Origin: the human T2T-CHM13v2.0 reference genome, Homo sapiens
Reading direction: 5' to 3' (one strand)
Length of the DNA stretch: 64,000 nt
Assembly (NCBI RefSeq): GCF_009914755.1
Contig: NC_060940.1
In this document: piece by piece, positions 58,283 through 64,000 of the stretch
Position numbering within the stretch: the stretch's first letter is position 1
Layout of the letters: the number at the start of each line of letters is the position of its first letter
The notes under the pieces: model-generated
The model's database searches: none
Told to the model about the DNA's origin: nothing
What the model saw: the letters and a program-made list of their open reading frames with translations, nothing else
Program-made: the position numbers and the translations under genes

Positions 58283-59725
58283 GAATATTGTATTTTTCAA
58301 TGTGAGAAGGACATGAGAATTGGAAGGGCAGGAGCAAAGTGACATAGTTTGGATATTTGTTTTCTCCAAATCTCATGTTGAAATGTAATCCACAGAGTTG
58401 GAGGTAGGGCCTGGTGGAAGACATTTGGATCATACGGGCAGGTCCCACACGAATGACTTAGCACCATCCCCTTCGTTATGAGTGAGTTCATGAGAGATCT
58501 TGTTGTTTTAACATACATGGCACTTCCCCACGCTCTCTCTCTTGTTCCTGCTTTTGCCATGTGATGCACCTGCTCCCCCTTCACCTTCTTCCATGGCTGT
58601 AATCTTCCTGAGGCCCTCACCAGAAGCAGATGCCAGCACCATGCTTCCTGTACACCCTGCATAACTGTGAGCCAATTAAACTTTTTTCTTTATAAATTAC
58701 CCAGTGTCAGATATTCCTTTATAGCAATGCAAGAACAGCCTAATATAGTACCTTATATAAATGAAATCACACAGTATTTGGTTTTTTGTGTCTGGCTAAT
58801 TTCACTTGGCATGTCTTCAAGGTTTATCCATGTAATATATGTCAGAATTTCCTTCCTTTTTAAGGCTGAAATAATATTCCATTGTTATGTATATGCAACA
58901 TTATCTATTCATCAAACATTCAGGTCAAATCTTGAATGTTCTGTTGCTTAAAAATTTCTTCTGTCAGATTCCCTAAGTCATTACTCTTACGTTAAAACTT
59001 CCACAGATCACTAGGCTATGAACACAATGCAGCCAAGTTCTTTGCTAAAATATAGGAAGGAGGACCTTTGCTTCAGTTCCCGAAAAGTTCCTTATTTGCA
59101 TTTGAAATCTGGTCAGCCTGCATTTCATTGTCCATAATTCTATCAGCATTTTGGTCACAACTATTTAACCAGTGCCTAAGACGTTCCGAACTTTTCCTCA
59201 TCTTTCTGTCTCTTCTAAGCCCTCCAAACTCTTCGATTTCTTCCCATGACCAAGTTCCAGAGTTAGTTCTACATTTTCAGGTATCTTTACAGCAATATCC
59301 CACTTCTGGTACCAATTTTCGGTCTCAGACTGTTCTTGTGTTGCTGTAAAGGAATACCTGAGACTAGGTAACTTACAAAGAAAAGAGATTTAATTGGCCC
59401 AAAGTTCTGCACAGTGTACAGGAAGTGTGGTGCTGGCATCTGCTTCTGATGAGGGCCTCAAGAAATTTACAGTAATGGTGGAAGATGAAGAAAGAGCAGG
59501 CACAATAAAGGGCAAGATGAGGAGCAAGACAGAGAGTGAGAAGGTGCCACTCACTTTTAAACAACCAGATCTTATGATCTCATTTATCACCAAGGGGATG
59601 GTGCTAAGCCATTCATGAGGGTCCCACCCCCATGATCCAATCACCTCCCACCAAGCCCCACCTCTGACATTGGGGATTGCATTTCAACATGAGACTTGGA
59701 GAGGACAAATATTCAGACAATATCA
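58283..59725. mobile_element. Rearranged MST element: int end + LTR (+, 58283-58748), L1MB piece (-, 58749-58913), MST-int (-, ~58920-59320), LTR (-, ~59321-59725)
   Basis: Two MST LTRs in opposite orientation, each attached to part of the internal region. Confidence 0.75.
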
Positions 59726-60523
59726 TGTATCTAGAATAGTCAAATTCATAGAGTCGGAAAGTAGAATGGTGTTTATCAGGGCCTAAAGGGAGAGGGGATG
59801 ACGGGTGATTGTGTAACGGGGACAGAGTTTTCATTTTGGATGATGAAAAACTCGGGAGATGGATGGTGGTGATTGTTGCATAACAATGAGAATGTACTTA
59901 ATGCCACTGAACTGTACACTCAAAAATAGTTAAAATTGGAAATGTTATGTGTATTTTTACTACAAAATTAAAAAAAGTAAATAGATAGAGATACATATAT
60001 AAATAAATCTAAAGTGATATTTTCCTTTTTATTCTAATTCTTTCACGAGTATACAATAGCATTTTCCAGAAGGTACATGTTGGTACTCACAACAGAGTGA
60101 ATGCAGAATCAGATGAGAGGATCCAATGTTTTTCTACTAAGACGTTAAAGGGAATTGCAGAGTAAATAGACGCAATAAATAAATAAAATAATGCCACTTT
60201 CCTCATTATTTTTTCATTTTGAAAAGTTTACTTTATCATTATAAAAAAATTATGCATGCTAATATATAATGGGTTTATTACAGTTATTTCTAAAAGCATA
60301 CATTTACAAAAATTCTGTTTTAATATCTACTATGGTAGATATTGACAGATATAACTCATATAAATAACAACTCTTTAGGGTTTTCAATACCTTTTAAGAT
60401 TGTATGGAGGTGCTGAGATAAAAAACCTTACTAAGCACCAACTTGGCAATCCCAAGACTTGGAATTTATCCTACCTGCTTGTGTACCAATGCCCCCTGAT
60501 CAACAGGGCTTCTCTTTCCTCAG

Positions 60524-60734
60524 GCTGGCAAGCGACCCCCAAGCCCAGCCCTGTGGTGGGTGAATGGGAAGGGGAAGGAATTAATGTGGAATTTCAGAGA
60601 ACTGAGTGAAAACAGCCAGCAGGCAGCCAACGTCCTCTCGGGAGCCTGTGGCCTGCAGCGTGGGGATCGTGTGGCAGTGGTGCTGCCCCGAGTGCCTGAG
60701 TGGTGGCTGGTGATCCTGGGCTGCATTCGAGCAG
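60524..60734 (+). CDS. ACSM2A: ACSM2A exon 3 ([12 protein letters not shown]...GCIRA); gene continues beyond the window
   Basis: ctcag| acceptor, G|gttggt donor; 211 nt. AANVLSG and RVAVVLPR, plus tandem position after ACSM5, favour 2A over 2B (2B recalled as AANILSG / RVAVMLPR). Confidence 0.9.
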
Positions 60735-61059
60735 GTTGGTAACTGACTACCTGGACAGAGAACTGTCTTCCTTGTGAAGAAAACTGATAGCAGAGAAATG
60801 CAGCCACCTCTCTCAAAAGAAGTCTCCTCCTTGGAGCATGCTGTCCTCTCTCATATGAAGAAAGACATCTCCCTACTTCCACTTATTTAAGCAAACTATG
60901 TGCCAAGCACTTATGCAGGGTGAACAACAACAATGACATAGTTTACATATTCATGGGACTTACAGAACTTTGGAGAAAGCTCTTAAACTATTAATTGCAC
61001 ATGTAAGTATTTAATCAGAATTATGATAATTGGTATGAGAATTCTATTAAAATCTATAA

Positions 61060-61262
61060 AAATAAATTTGGCAGACTGTGACCTGCAGGCCAAATCCTGC
61101 CCAAAGCTTGTTTTTGTAAATAAAGTTTTATTATAACACAGTATTATATGTGGCTGCATTTGCACTACAGTGGCAACTTGAGTAGTTGGAACAAGAGAGT
61201 GTCTTATCCACAAAACCTAAAATATTTACTATTTGGCCCTTTGCAGAAAAAGTTTGCCAATG
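61060..61262. mobile_element. MER58-like hAT DNA transposon
   Basis: 'ggccaaatcc...tttgtaaataaagttttatt' ... 'gaaaaagtttgcc'. Confidence 0.7.
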
Positions 61263-61412
61263 CTTTTCTAAAAGAAGACTTGAATTAACCAATATGAGGA
61301 GCAACTAAGTCTCAATGGAAGTGATATTTGAGCTGAGATCTGCAGGATGAGTAGGATTTTGCCAAGAGATAGAGAGGCTTGTGCCAAGCAAAGGGAACAG
61401 CATATGTGAAGA

Positions 61413-62139
61413 TGTAATTATCTGATGATTTCTTCTTGTCCACTTCCCAGAAAAGCCAAACACTGAAAACAGTAGGAGTTGCAGTAGAGAAGAGTTTAAT
61501 AATTGCATAGACAGCCAAGTTGAAGGATGGAGGATGTTTCTTAAGTCCACCTCCCCAGGAAATCAGAGACTAGAGTTTTTCAAGGATGCTTTGGCATCCA
61601 AGGGGCTAAGGAATAGTAAATGCTGATTGGTTTGGCTGGGGATGAAAACATGGGTTGAAGCTGTCTTCTTGTGTTGAGTCAACTCCTCAGAGATCACAGA
61701 ACTAGTTGAGTTAGTTTCTTGGTATCAGTTACTGATCTGGGTAGTGCAAGCTGGTCCATCAGAATGCAAGGTCTGAAGAACACCTCAAATACCAGACTTA
61801 GGGTTTACCATAATGATGTAATCTATAGGAGAAATTGGGGAGGTTACAAATCTTGTGACCTCTGGCTCCATGACTCCTGAACTATAATTCTAACCTTGTG
61901 ACAAATTTGTTATTTTTCTAAAGGCAGTTTCAATCTCCAAGCACAGACACAGTTAGTTTCAGGAAAGAGCTATTATCATTTTTATTTTAAAGTTAGACTA
62001 TAAGTTAGATTTCTCCCATAGTTAGCTTGGACTATGTCCAGGGATGAGCAAAGATAGATAGCTTGTGAGGTTGGAAACAAGATGAAGTCAGCTATGTCAG
62101 ATTTCCCTCAGTGTCATAATTTTTCCAAAGGCAGTTTCA
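61413..62139 (-). mobile_element. ERV1 solo LTR (LTR8-like) inserted in an L2
   Basis: Ends 'tcataatttttccaaaggcagtttca', the reverse complement of an LTR8-type start; TG...CA. Confidence 0.65.
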
Positions 62140-62330
62140 AAGCCACAGAGGAGGGAAACTTGAAAATTATAAAAGAACCTAAAAGGATATCTATGTGCCT
62201 GAAGTCCAGGCCATAAAAGAAAGTAGTGGCAATAGAATGAACATGTAGAGGTGGCCAGGTGCTAAATTGGCAGTGCCTTGTGGTCCATGGTAAGAGTTGT
62301 GGACATTTATCCAGTGGTGAATGGGAAATG

Positions 62331-62403
62331 ATTGATGGATTGAGTGACACTCAAACCATTGATGCATTGAGTGACACTCAAACCATTGATGCACTGAGTG
62401 ACA
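62331..62403 (+). repeat. 27-bp tandem repeat x2.7 with internal palindrome
   Basis: attgatg(g/c)attgagtgacactcaaacc units at 62331, 62358, 62385. Confidence 0.9.
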
Positions 62404-63369
62404 TGATCATCCTCTGTTTGGATGGTCATATTGGATGCTCAATAGGGAATGGGATGAAGAAGACAATAGTGGGGTTGGAAATCTCAGATAAGAGGTGAAG
62501 CGATGGTGATGGCTTCAGTTTCGTTGAGGTAGTAGAGATGGAGATAAGTGGATTTAACAGGCAATTGGGGGGTGAACTAATAACAGGGTTATTCAAAGGA
62601 GATGCGAGGGAGAGAGAGAGAAGTACAGACATTTCAGCAAGTGGGTGGATGGTGCTTTCTTTCACTGGAGTGAAGAACACAGATATAGAAAGAGGTATTA
62701 GTGTGTTAGGAAAATATCACAAGTTCAATTTGGGCATGTTGAGTCCAGGATGTCCATGTGATGTTCAAGAAGTGATAACAAGTTGGATTTAAGGCTCTAA
62801 AATTTGACATGGAGACAGAAATTTGAGAATCATCAACTTTTACATTAAAAGGATGAGAAGTACAGTGGTATCAAAAAGAACCCCAAGAAACTCCAGCAAC
62901 CTCCTTCACAAACTGCCCTTTCCACCTCTGCTTGCACACAGCCTAATCCCAACTAAAAGCTCCAACCCACCTCATATTCTGGGGACAATGGGCTGAGCAT
63001 GAGAAAGCAATGGGTAAAGAGAAAGACATGAATGCAGCCAGGAATTAGAAACTATCAGAGGCGACCAAACCAATTGCAGGAACTTGGAAGCCTGTGGAAA
63101 GAGAGAACAAGCCAGAGAGAAAGGTGACATACTGAAATTATAGCCAGAAGGAAAGGAGAACCCAGAGGAAGAGATGTGTCTATTGTTCTGTGTCTGACTC
63201 AATTGGCCACCATGGTAGAGAAACATTTGAGGATATTTACAGGTATGCAGTGAGAATCCCAAAGTGTTGAGAGTGGGAAGAAAGTGAGCTAAGGTTAAAA
63301 GCTATTTAACAGGACAGGCATGTGGTTTAAGCTTCACAAAAAATGAAACCTGTGTAGTTATTCTGTTCT

Positions 63370-63666
63370 TTTCTTTCTTTCTTTTATTTTTTTGAGACGG
63401 AGTCTCCCTCTGTAGTCCAGGCTGGAGTTCAGTGGTGCAATTTTGGCTCACTGCCTCCCAGGTTCAAGCAATCCTCCTGCCTCAGCCTCCTGAGTAGCTG
63501 GGATTACAGGCGTGTGCCATCAAGCCCAGATAATTTTTGTATTTTTAGTAAAGCTGGGGTTTCGCCATGTTGGCCAGGCTGGTCTTGAACTCTTGACCTC
63601 TAATAATCCACCCTCCTTGGCCTCCCAAAATGCTAGGATTACAGGCATGAGCCACCATACCTGGCC
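63370..63666 (-). mobile_element. Alu (AluS-like)
   Basis: TSD tagttattct. Confidence 0.88.
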
Positions 63667-64000
63667 CTAAGTCTAGTTATTCTACAGAATATTTTAAAAA
63701 TCAAAGGAGTCTCATTAAAATAGGAAACAAGAACAAGAATTTAGGAAAGTGATAATCATGGGGTATAAAACCTCATTTATGTGCAAGGAATAAGTCTAAT
63801 GTTTTAAGATAAATTGTACAGCATGCTAAACACAGCTAATAATTCAGTACTGTAAATTTCAGTATCATTAAGAGCAAAACTTTCTAATGTTCTCATCACA
63901 AAAAAATGTTAAATACTTGAGGTGATGGATATGTGAATTAGCTTAATTTAATCATCTCACATTGTCTTCAAAAATTATAATACCACTTTGTACCCAATAA

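Noticed and set aside
56800-62139. Two similar LTRs as the ends of one provirus enclosing ACSM2A exon 3
   Set aside because: Copies are substantially diverged, no ERV internal sequence lies between them, and each sits in a different older repeat; independent solo LTRs.
62331-62403. Short palindromic repeats resembling a CRISPR array
   Set aside because: Eukaryotic context, no spacers and no cas genes; simple tandem repeat.

Overview
Human (primate) genomic DNA, rich in Alu, L1 and LTR repeats, recognisable as the medium-chain acyl-CoA synthetase cluster (16p12 in human, from memory). It holds the complete ACSM5 gene on the + strand: one non-coding exon plus 13 coding exons that I spliced by hand through GT-AG junctions into an uninterrupted 1740-nt CDS (579 aa). 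The 5' part of ACSM2A follows (non-coding exon 1 and coding exons 2-3, + strand). The rest is interspersed repeat and simple sequence, and nearly all ORFs in the supplied track are spurious repeat ORFs. I found no convincing new gene system. The most notable structures are: (1) a repair-like scar in an L1 in ACSM2A intron 1, where about 1 kb of L1 is replaced by AT-rich filler holding a forward and an inverted copy of sequence from 1.7 kb downstream; (2) a roughly 630-bp inversion in ACSM2A intron 2, revealed by split L1/MST elements; (3) a sense MLT2A LTR with promoter motifs and a splice donor upstream of the ATG-bearing ACSM2A exon; (4) a GC-box tandem repeat in ACSM5 intron 1; (5) apparently non-reference coding alleles (ACSM5 Arg352, ACSM2A Pro64). 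Repeat boundaries and subfamilies are by-eye estimates.
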